From Folioceros fuciformis (taxonomy: Eukaryota): a stretch of DNA of 40,555 bases. Under the pieces are notes generated by a model, which had not been told where the DNA came from, searched no databases, and was given only the letters and a program-made list of their open reading frames with translations. The position numbers and the translations under genes were made by a program. Shown here in pieces: positions 8,603 to 25,402 of this stretch; within the stretch, counting starts at the first letter, position 1; each line of letters opens with the position of its first letter. The stretch spans positions 66,902-107,456 of the forward strand of contig JBNGIO010006337.1 in the NCBI GenBank assembly GCA_049999805.1, given 5' to 3'.

Positions 8603-11600
8603 ATGGAAACTGTGGGGCTGGGTCCTGGCGATGTTGCGGCTGCAGAGGAGCGTCTGGACGTGCTGACCAAAGCTGGGCTTCACACGGGTGCGTCCAAGCC
8701 ACGGTGCGAATTTCTGCCAAAGTTGTGATTTTGGGCTGTTGTGGGTTGTTTGCCCGTGTACAGGATTTCGCTGTAGGATGGTGATCCACGTTGATATGCT
8801 TCATTGTGGGTAATTCAGGAGCTTGGTCCACCAAGATGGCGATTACCACAGAGCAGTGCATGTTTGGATCTACGCTGAGAGCACCGGAGAGTTGCTGCTT
8901 CAGAAGCGGGCGGACAGCAAAGACTCGTGGCCTGGACTGTGGGATATATCCAGCGCTGGCCACATTTCCGCCGGAGACTCTTCCCTCATCACGGCACAGT
9001 AAGATGAGATGAGAAGCATGTCAAGTTGGAGTCTTTTGAGCATACGTGTGCCTTCTGATCCTTCGGCATGCAAGTTAACCACCAGTAGGTCTGTGTAGGA
9101 GGGAGCTGCAAGAGGAGCTTGGAGTGATCCTGCCACCTGATGCCTTTGAGCTACTCTTTCTCTATCTCCAAGAGTGGTAATTACCCATGTCATCAGCCGG
9201 ATTACGCCTTCCGTCTCAGCTCTAGGAGGGAGTGATGATGCCTGTCGTCTTCGGTGCAGTACTACTAATAATGGAGCTTTCATCAACAATGAGTATAACG
9301 ACGTCTATCTCATCACGACGGAGAAGCCAATCCCACTGGAAGCTTTCACCCTGCAGGTTTTTCCCTCGAACCTGTGGTTACATTGTATTGCCATGATTTT
9401 ATTTGCTCGGCACGTGAACTTGGATCTGTTCCAGGAGTCAGAGGTTTCTGCAGTGAAGTATATCGGCTGGAAGGAGTATGAAGATTTAGTTCGGAAGGAA
9501 GATCCTGCCTATGTTCCTGTTGAAGTGGATGGAGGCTATAGCCGCTTTTTCTCTGCCATCAGGAGCAGGTTAGACAGTCTTCTCTTTCCTACCAAGGACA
9601 AGAATACTCCCTGGTATCAACATTGATGGTTTCGTAACAAAAATGAACAAAGTGCCTGCTGAGTTTCAGCATCCTTGGAGAACTGCAGATATGAGGTCGA
9701 CAAGGAAGCCAGAATCTTGTCTCTCAAGACTCAGCTCAGTAGATACGTGCCTACCACGTTTGATTCACAGGTCGGTAAACTTTAATGGCAACTGGGGGTG
9801 CAGGGAACGTCTGCTATTCAACGTGTTCGTGCAATCAGCTTGCTGATTGAGGGGCTGCTCTCTGCTTATGGGAATAGTGTTTTTGAGTTTTCATTTTGAT
9901 TTATGTTTTTCTTTCCATTGTTTTATCCTGTTTTGCAGCTCGAACAGCTGAGAGATGGTGACCGTCTTGCTATACCTTTCATCATCCAAGCTGCTGGGGT
10001 GCTCGAAAGGATCTTTCTCGAGCAGGTCTGCAGTTGTCGGGACCTTATGCTCCTTCCCAATTTGATCGGCAGAGGAGCTAGCTGACGTCGAATCTGATGC
10101 AGGAGTGGGTCACAAACCCAGCACTGAAGACCTGGCTTGAGCTGAGGTCATCTGAGTCGGAGCTTGATGCGGTGAAGCTTGCTTATTACAAAATCAATAA
10201 GAGTCCGTGGTAAGCACTGATAAATCAGGCTGAGTTCACCTGGCGGATGTTTTGTATATCTCCTGATAGACCCGCCGGAACCGTTTCTGGAGCATCTTGA
10301 AGATTTTGATCATGATTTGGTACCACATAGCCTTATCGGAGTGCACTGGATGTCTTGTGATACAGGTCGCTCCTAGATGAGAACGAAGCCTTCTTGACCA
10401 CAGCGGATTCTGCTTTGGTCAGTGCTGAGAAGGCTGTGAACGCTGTACCTGGGTGGGAGGGTTTGAAATACAGGGCAGCATTCCCAGTCCAAAAGCCTCC
10501 GGGTGCAAATTTTTATCCTTCAGATATGGACAAAGCGGTAATGTGGCAATCAGTACTACATGGAAGGGCCTTCAGTTTCCCATATCTCTACGAGTCTGTT
10601 ATTCAAGTTTTTGTTGGATTGAGATTACTCACACCAATCAAACTTCAATTGCAACAGGAGTTTGAGATATGGAAGTCAAATTTGGAGCCTGAAGAGCAGG
10701 AAGCAGCTACTGGGTTCTTCACAACCATTAGACGAGCAAGTGACCCAACCCTGTACAACTTGAAGATCATTCCTTACCCTGTGGAATATGGTGCTTTGCT
10801 AACTCAAGCATCTAAATATCTGCATACAGCCGGAGATCTTGCGGAGACGCCCAGGTCTGGATATGAAACACAGAAAGAAATGTTCCTTGTATGTATGTAC
10901 TCACGAGAAGGGACTTAAGTGCTTTACTATGGTTTGGTTCTCAGTTTGAAGAAGTTGCTCAAGTCCAAGGCCGATGCATTTCTCTCAAATGACTACTATG
11001 ATTCGGACATTGCATGGATGGAGCTAGTAAGCACTTTATTTGGCTGAATAGGTTCTGACTTGGACAGCACCAGCTCGCTTGCCTGGCTAGCTGCGATATC
11101 GATCTACCTTATTCTCTTGGTCGCAGGACTCTCCAGTTGATGTCACAATTGGTCCCTATGAGACGTATGAAGATGCACTTTATGGATACAAGGTATGACC
11201 ATCTAGCAGATATTGTTTTTGTAATACTCCATTTGTAGCACAACACAATTTCAAAATTTGATGTCATGAGGTGTCTTCCTGCAGGCAACTTTTGAAGCTT
11301 TCATTGGGATACGGGATGAGGTAGCAACCTCGCAACTGAAGCTCTTTAGTGAACGCCTCCAGGTGAAAATCTGCTGCACATGCTTGGGAGATCACCATTG
11401 GAAAGGATTGTCGGCTAGATATTTGGAGTTGGGCACTTAATTTCAAGCCTGACAACTTGCACTGCTGACGTCCGTTCCTAACCATCGTTTCCATCGTGGA
11501 CAGGAGCTTGAAGATAATCTGCCCCTGGCTTCTCAGTACAAATCAAAGGGTGTCACCGCTTCCCCTATTCGTGTCATTCAGCTTCTTTACAATGCGGGGG

Positions 11601-13066
11601 TAAAATGACTTCGAAAGTCCTGCTTGCTGATGTATTCCGAGCAGCTTGCTTGGCACGCACTCCCGTGGAAACTCGGTAGCTGTTCTGTGCAGACGCCCAC
11701 TTGAAGTATCTGAATCAAGAGATCTGATGCAGTTCTGTTTGTTCTGCAGGATGTGAAGGGCCCACAAACTGTAGCATTCAACCTTCCAAATGATGAGCGC
11801 ATAGTGAATGAGCGTGGTAGTGCTATGGTCATGTTGAAGAATATGTCAAGGGCAAAGTATAAATCACACTTTATGCGGGTAGGAGGTCCGATTTCCCATC
11901 CCTAGTTCTGACACAGACTACGTTCGTGAATTTGCAGATTTGATCAGATTTTGAGGCCTATAGCGAAGGTCAGTGTGGGGGTTTCTCAACGGGAGTACGT
12001 GGACTTTGAGTCCTTTTTCACCCACACAATCTGCCATGAATGCTGTCATGGTATTGGGCCACACAGCATCGTTCTGCCCAGTGGGAAACAGTCAACCGTC
12101 CGGCTTGTGAGTTGATTTAGTTCATCTTAGTGCAGCATTATTGCTTCTGGGAAGCCCTCAACCATGATCTGGCGACATGAGGCAGGTGCATAGGACATGT
12201 CTGCTGACTCGCTCTGATCCGTGTTTGTTTGATACAGGAACTTCAGGAACTCTATTCGTCAATAGAGGAAGCCAAAGCCGACATAGTTGGTCTTTGGGCC
12301 CTGCATTATCTTCTGGATAGGGTATGTACTCTGCCCCATGTTGCCTCAAACCACGTTCAGGAGTCTTTGCTATTGCGGGTAACATCTCTATTCCTGCAGG
12401 GACTGATATCAGAAAACTTCGAAAAGCCCATGTACGTCTCCTTCCTTGCTGGGTGCTTTCGATCAATTCGATTTGGGCTGGAGGAGGCACACGGGTAAGC
12501 AGCTCCTCTTCTTGCATCCCAACTCTTAACTGCGCATAGGAAAGACGAGTAAGTGGATCTAATGCCCCTGCTGATTGGCCTGCAGGAAAGGGCAGGCAGT
12601 TCAGTTCAACTGGATTCTGGAAAAGGGGGGTTTTGTTGAAAACCCGGATGGGACATTTTCTGTTGATTTCGACAAGGTAAGCATGGAAAGTCGTCGAAGG
12701 TTAGCAGTAACAGCAGAGAGTTGTGATTGATGGTCTGGGTCGTATTCGACCTGGCTCCGTGCATACGCCCAGGTGAGAGGAGCGGTGGAGAGCCTCAGCA
12801 AAGAAATCCTGACCTTGCAAGCTCGAGGAGATAAATCAGCAGCCAAGTCACTGTTGGCCACCTATGGAGTTTTGACACCTCCATTACTTCGTTGTCTGAG
12901 TCAGCTGGAGAGTGTTCAGGTGTTGCACAATCTACCTTCGAACTTCTTCAGGACTCTGGAATTTTGTTCCTGTGGGTTAACAGCTAAGCTACCTTTTCGT
13001 TCTTGAATGCCACAGGTTCCAATCGACATCGCGCCTACATTTGAGGTCCTGCGTCAGATAGCGTAG
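8603..13066 (+). CDS. NUDT3: Nudix hydrolase 3 (Nudix-dipeptidyl peptidase III / peptidase M49 fusion), about 21 exons
   Basis: Exon 1 (8603-8703) gives METV...EERLDVLTKAGLHTGASKPR. Exon 2 gives DGDYHRAVHVWIY...DSWPGLWDISSAGHISAGD. Nudix box GHISAGDSSLITAQRELQEELGV; KPPGANFYPSDM; DVTIGPYETYED; GPQTVAFNLPNDER; zinc motif HECCHGIGP (12035-12049); EEAKAD; ends VPIDIAPTFEVLRQIA* (TAG 13064-13066). Confidence 0.95.
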
Positions 13067-13704
13067 GAGCTTAGGGACGTTCTGCATTTAGACATGGTTA
13101 ACCGTTGATGTAGTGCTTGACACTAATTCAACAAGCTGACTTTGAGTCAAACATCTGTGTCTTCTGACTAGCCAGTCTTCGCATGTGCATATGAAAACTG
13201 GATCCGGGGCAGTTGCTTTGTCGCCACCCTGTCCGTCGAAGTGCACATAGCATAGAAGAGGAAGGGTGGCGGAAGGATTGCTCTGCAAGAGGGTACAGGC
13301 AGTGCATAAATAAAGCAAGGAACAAATCCACATCTGTTCCTCATCATAACATTAAAAATATTGTTACAGCCTCTAAGCATCCTTGGCAAAGTCTGAATTG
13401 TGACCAAACTACGTCATTGTCATGGAGCCGACGCTCGCAAGACCATAACGTCCCTCCGAGGTCTGTACAATTAGAACTAAATTAAAAAAAATGTGGCACG
13501 ATCTGCCAGGTACTCTACATCGATCTTCTACCTATCCCATTCCTGAGGAACTCGATGCCTCTTACCTTCACGCCATGAGCTCTAGAAAATTGCTGGGGTA
13601 CGCTTCTGCAACACCCTCGACATAAGGCCCACCTATGAAGGAAAGCTAGGAAGCTGAAACTAGTGAAAGAATGGAATGAACACGCCCGACCCTGTCACTC
13701 TCCT

Positions 13705-15889
13705 CTAGGCTTTTGTGGTTCTCCTGTTGGGCTTGAAGACAAACTTGATCAAAGACTCTTTGATTCCAAGCAACTCTGGGAACTCCTTCTGGATCTTGGA
13801 TGTGTCCAATTCGTTGTTGCTGCGAGGAGCAACAATAACCTTGGCTTGCTCCTCAAGGGTGAAGTTGACGTACTTGAAAGAGGGATCGATGTACTCCTTG
13901 TACATCTCCAATATCTCATTGTGGCTCACCACACCAGGGTTGGTGAAGTTCCAGATCCCTGTGAGATTTCGCTTCGCCATCTCGATGGAAATAGGTAGAA
14001 GCTCGTCCAGGATGGTCATGCTGTTGGGGATGTTGACAACCTTCTCGTAGCGAGTAATCTTGGTGATGAAGTTGCGCGGATTCTTGAGGTCAGCTGTAAT
14101 GGGCATGCGCACACGCAGGGTGCACACGTTCTCATACTCGTTCAGAAGCTCTTCCACCTGCACAAAAAAAAAAAAAAACAACCACCACATCACTGGGTGC
14201 TTGACACCGTAGCACTAGGACACGAAAACACTCCCCCTCGGCTCTCTGGTGAATCAAAGGCAAAAAACCGAAAACTGAAGCACGCACCATGGCCTTGGTC
14301 TTGGAATAGAAGGAACCAGTGAAGTTAGGAGTGTCCTCTTCCTTGAAACCAATACCAGAACCCAGAGGATGGGCAGCATCGTACTCGAAGATACAACCGG
14401 TTGCAAAGTTGACGAGCAGGATCCCCTGCTCCCGACAGACATCAGCAAGGGTGATGGTGCCAACCACGTTGGCTCTGATGGTTTCCACCTTGTGAGTCTC
14501 GCACCAATCGACATTGGGGCGTCCTGTCACCCCCGCAGCGTTGAGGACATGGGTGGGCTTAACCGAAGCCAGATCGGCTTCCAAGGCAGCCCTGTTCTCC
14601 AACCTCCCGGTGCCGTACTCATAGGCGATGCCCTGCTTTTCGAGGAGTCCTCCCAGGAGGCCCCCGATCCAGCCAGTGCGGCCGTAAATCAAAAACTTGA
14701 GCGGCGTCTTGGCAGCAGGTTTGGGCGGAACCAGCATGCCAGTTCGAACCCCGTTGGCGACAACAGCATCGAGGCGGGCCTCCTTGGGCTTGCTGTTGCC
14801 GTCCTTGTCGGCATCCCCGTTGGCAGTGGTGAAGTCGGAAATCTTCTCCACCCCGGCCATGGTGAGCATGCGCGGGTGCGGCACGAGCGCCCCCGACACA
14901 TCGCCCCACCATTCCGGGTGGCTGGTGTACCAGTCCTTGGTCTTGCGCAGGCCCTCCTCCCAGGTGGTGCGCTCCTGCCAGCCCAGATCTTTGAGCTTGG
15001 CGTCGTCGAGGAAGTACCTCTGATCGTTGAAGGGGCGGTTGTCGACGAACTGGATGACCTGGTCGGCATCGGTGCCGAAGAGCTTGCAGATATCCCTGGC
15101 CACATCCAGCACCCGGCGCTCCTTCTTGGTGCCGATGTTGTAGACGTGGCCCACCACCCCCTTGTGCAGCACCACCTCGAAGGCCTCCGCCACATCCTCG
15201 CAGTAGAGGTAGCTCCGGACGTTGGAGCCGTCCCCGTGGATGGGCAGCGGCTTGCCCTGCATCGCGAGCAGGATGAACTTGGGAATGAGCTTCTCCGGAA
15301 ATTGGTTGGGCCCGTAGACGTTGTTGCCCCTGGTGGTGATGAAGGGCAGCCCGTAGGATCTGCCGTAGGCCATGACGAGCATCTCGGCCCCGGCCTTGGT
15401 GGCCGAGTAGGGGTTGGTGGGCAGCAGCTGCGAGGCCTCGTGGTTACCCACGATGGCGTCGGCCTCCGTCTCGCCATACACCTCGTCCGTGCTCACGTGG
15501 ATGAAGCGGCGGATGATGCCCGTCACCTTGCACGCCTCCAGCAGCACGTGGGTCCCGTAGATGTTGTTCTTGGTGAACTCGAAGGAGTTGCCGAAGGAGT
15601 TGTCGACGTGCGTCTGCGCCGCGAAGTGCATGATGGTGTCGATGCCCTCCGTGAGCAGCAGGTAGTTGACAAGATCCGCGCTGGCGATGTCCCCCTTGAC
15701 GAATTTCAGGTTCTTGGACGGCTTGCTGGGCAGCAGATTCTTGAGGTTGGAGCAGTAGTCCAGCTTGTCCAACACCACAACCTTGTAGTGCGGGTAATTC
15801 CGGATGAGCCGATTGGCAACATGGCTGGCGATGAAGCCCGCGGCTCCCGTGATGAGGATGTTCTTGGGCGTGTAAGTGGCGTTCTCCAT
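13705..15889 (-). CDS. RHM: Trifunctional UDP-glucose 4,6-dehydratase / 3,5-epimerase / 4-reductase (UDP-L-rhamnose synthase), 684 aa; exons 15889-14288 and 14157-13705
   Basis: N-domain ILITGAAGFIASH, HFAAQTHVDNSF, STDEVYG, YSATK. C-domain LIYGRTGWIGG, GRPNVDWCE, YSKTK, LRVRMPI, APRSNNELD. One phase-0 intron (KAM|VEE), GT at 14287 and AG at 14159-14158. Confidence 0.97.
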
Positions 15890-16050
15890 ACCTGCTGCTG
15901 CTGTACTACCTGCCTACCCTCCCTCCCTCCCTCGGATCTGTCCACCTCGCTTGCTCCCAGATCTGCGCAGAGATGCCGATCCCGCAATGCCACACCACAC
16001 CACACCACAACAGAGCAAGCTTCGCAAATCAGAGAAGCGTTGCGCCCACA

Positions 16051-16230
16051 GCAGGAGCAGGAGCAGGAACAGGGGCAGGAACAGGAGCAGGAGCAGGAGA
16101 GGCGCAGAGCAGTGAACTTCACTACTGGCCGCCCATCAGATCAGGATGAAGAAGAGGCAGGGCAGGAGAGGAGATGAGAGGACAGAGCAAGCAAAGCAAG
16201 GCAAGGCAAGGAAAGGCAAGGCAAGGCGAG
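16051..16230. repeat. Simple sequence repeats upstream of RHM: (GCAGGA)n at 16051-16098 and (GCAAG)n at 16187-16230
   Basis: Directly visible reiterations. Confidence 0.9.
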
Positions 16231-16690
16231 ACAAGGACAGGGCAGGAGTGTCGAGTCGCACCACAACAGCCCGGTGCCAATGAGGAGCAGCAAAGCGTGT
16301 GTGGGAGTAGTGTCGTCGTCAAACTAGTCTAAGGTGGAGGCAGTGGGCAGCTCCCTCCCTACACACAACAGCGCCAGCTAGCCCACGCAGACAGGAGGCA
16401 ACACCCAAGCAGATGTTCTCCTGTGCTTTCGGGCGAGGCTTTTGTATTATGGTTTACTAGATACATAATCATGCATACGTATGTACATACTTTCATGCGC
16501 ATAGAGCATAGAGCATAGAGCATAGCGTAGAGTTCTAGACCTACATTGTGGGTGAGTACGGTACATATCTAGTTATGAGCACATGGGCCCTTGTTTTCGA
16601 TCGCGTTTCCGATACCAACCCGACATCCTGGGACTTTGGTGCCGCCAGTACCAGTGCCAGTGCCAGCGCCAAACCCAGGCAGGCTCCAGG

Positions 16691-16815
16691 CGCGTGTCGT
16701 CGCGTCTCGTCTTGTGTCGTCGCGTCTCGCCTTGTGTCGTTGCGTCTCGTGTTGTGTCGTTGCGTCTCGTGTTGTGTCGTTGCGTCTCGTCTTGTGTCTT
16801 CTCGCGTCGCGTCTC
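16691..16815. repeat. CpG-rich minisatellite, 20-bp unit (about 6 copies) built of 5-bp subrepeats
   Basis: (g/c)ttgtgtcgt(t/c)gcgtctcgt reiterated. Confidence 0.9.
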
Positions 16816-17764
16816 CGTATTATAATAACCTTAGGTGCTGGTCTTGGAGTTTCAACCGTTTTCCAAGGACCAAGGACGCCCTCCTTGGAAGGCGGATCTG
16901 GGGCCGGTAGTTATGAAAATTTCCCCACCCCACGTCATTTCCATTTCCTGCGTTGAGCAAGGATCAAGGTCCGCTCGCCTGCAAGGCTGCAAGGTGCTCG
17001 TGCCCTGCCCATGGGCAGCCCAGCTTTCGCTGCTCTCCCGCATCTCCTCCTCGTTTTCACCTTCCCCAGCGAAAAAACGCGCCTTGTCTTGTCTTGCCTT
17101 GCACCCGTACTCGCTCATTTATCATGCCCACTTCCATAGGCATTGCCTTTTAATGAGCTTCACAGCCCCGGCTTGTGAATGGCTTGACCTCGGAACTCGC
17201 AAAATGCCGCACCCGGGGACGGGAACGATGCCCGTCAATTACCACAAAACAAATTACCGTATGTATGTAGGTTTGTATGTATTCTCTTCCTCCAAAGGCA
17301 AAGGCTCTTCGACAACACATGAATACATGGATGGTGAAGCACATGCAGCTGCCCACTCCCCGGAAGCAGAGCGGGAGCCCGTGTTTACATATCACACAAA
17401 CACACACACGTCTGGGAGGCTGGCAGAAGGAACTACTGTACAGCCCGCTCATGCACCACGTTATACCAGTCCCCGTCACGTCGCCCACCAGCGACCTCCC
17501 TCACCACACACGAAGGGGAGCTGTTCCGGGAGGCAACCACATCGGAACTGCGCAAGCTAATGGGCTTGCTTCAGCGTCCCAGTGGCCTAGACAGGAACGG
17601 AGCAGGGTGCCACATCATAATCAGGGCCTAGGAAACAAGCAGCTGCAACTAAAAATGGGAGACTGACTAACAACTACATGCCTACGATACTGGAGCTGGC
17701 TCCCCTAATCACCATCTCTATTCTGTTAAGTTAGCACACAGCCCGGACGCTTGCTACTTACTCA

Positions 17765-23603
<5,839 letters not shown>

Positions 23604-24233
23604 AATATCAAATCCAACGCCCTGTATACAAACCCTAGCAATCCACAAAGTGAGAACCCGGATGCACCGATGGTGGAAGGCCAGAGAGCGAGGCAGGGAC
23701 GGGGCAGGCAGGGTGGCGTGCCACTGGATCCGCCTGCCCCGGAGGTACCGGAGCACATTACAACACGAGCATAGTGGCAGCGGCAGGGAAAGAGAAAGTT
23801 GGAAAGCGGAGAGCAATACCGCGCCAAGCTGGGGGCCGTGAGACAAGCATGGATCGCGGGAACAGGGCTATGGGCTGGCACGCATTCCAGGTCCTGCACC
23901 GCGCCGCGGGTGGATGCATGCGCACCGAAGGCGAGCCTGACAAGCCACAACAAACAGCACCCAATTGCAACAGAAGCAGCTAAGGGAGACGCATGCGAGC
24001 GTCGGAAGCAGTATTCAAGGCTGCTATGGACTCGCTGCGTCTGGCAGTGCGGCCTATTCCTATTTTGTTTTCGCTGCCTGCGTCTCCCACCTCCCTTTCC
24101 CACTTGTACTTATGTATACATACATACATACATTTTAGGTGGGAGGAGCTGGGACCTCCCCCATTTGCTCTTCTCAAAATGTTTTACTTCATATTTCGGT
24201 AGGTCGGTACCGAGACAGGTACTCCTATTTATA

Positions 24234-24333
24234 NNNNNNNNNNNNNNNNNNNNNNNNNNNNNNNNNNNNNNNNNNNNNNNNNNNNNNNNNNNNNNNNNNN
24301 NNNNNNNNNNNNNNNNNNNNNNNNNNNNNNNNN
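24234..24333. other. Assembly gap (100 N)
   Basis: Run of exactly 100 N. Confidence 1.
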
Positions 24334-25402
24334 CCTATAAATAATTTTATACCAGTTTCGATTTTAACGACCAACCAAATGTGACCCCACCCAATTCTTT
24401 CTCTCTATCCTACAGCCCACCGGATGCTTCAGCTGCACGCTGTGAAACCTATGTAAAACTATATAACAGTTTCATGCCTTATTTTTCTCTATGGGATCTG
24501 TTTTTCTTTTCTGCATCATCTGATTTTTTTAATTAAAATATTTTATTACACCCAAATCCATTAAATATTAATTAATTTTATTAATTATTAAAATTGATGC
24601 AAGTATTAATATCATAATACTACAGCAACATGAGTTAAGGGCCAGGTGTTCACTAAAGCAGTTTATGTAAGCAATAATACTTGATTAAATAAAATACTAA
24701 TAATAATAATAAAATTCTATTACATTTATGAGATCTTTTGAGAAGAAAGGTCTTCAACACCACAAAGATGATCAATGCACCCAGAGTTGCGGATCAAAAT
24801 TTTAGGTACATAAATTTAATTTTTTTAAGGAATAATCTTGCTCTCAAGAGCGTGTACATAGTGATGTATATGATATATAATAATCCACACTAAATAACAA
24901 GCTGGAAAAGACGGAATGTGAAACGATATACATATGATAAAAGACGGAAGAAAAAACATCCAGAAAAAAGGGGTCCACTACGGCCTGGTCATGGTCTCTC
25001 CGAGTGTGTGGTCAAAGAACACATCTTGGCATGTATGTACAGACATACAGCGTATTGCAACGTGCGGTCGGGGAACTGCTTCGACGGGGAGGCTTCGACA
25101 TGTGACCTGCCGCCGGCACAAAGCAATTGACGACTCAGGCAATCATTGTACTGCTCAGGGTGGGTTGCTCGATCGCCCGCACCACACACATCGAGGGAGT
25201 TTTCAATGGGACGCGTGACCCAGGTGGAACCTCGGCGCTCACAGTGGGGGACCATGGAGAATCAGCGACCGCCTTTCCTACTTGGAAGAACGGCAGCAAA
25301 CAACCCTAAAGAGGCAAAACTTGGTGAGGAGCACTTTCCGATTGAATGTTACGAGCCATTTGACACGCCGGTACGGCTGTCCACAAGCATCAACATCAAC
25401 GG

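Noticed and set aside
14369-16177. 602-aa plus-strand ORF, and the 262-aa alternate-frame ORF at 14689-15477
   Set aside because: Antisense/alternate-frame shadows of the GC3-rich RHM coding sequence plus SSRs; no recognisable domain.
16835-17666. 241-aa and overlapping ORFs between RHM and RRC1
   Set aside because: Low-complexity intergenic/3'-UTR sequence, non-ATG starts, no conserved motifs.
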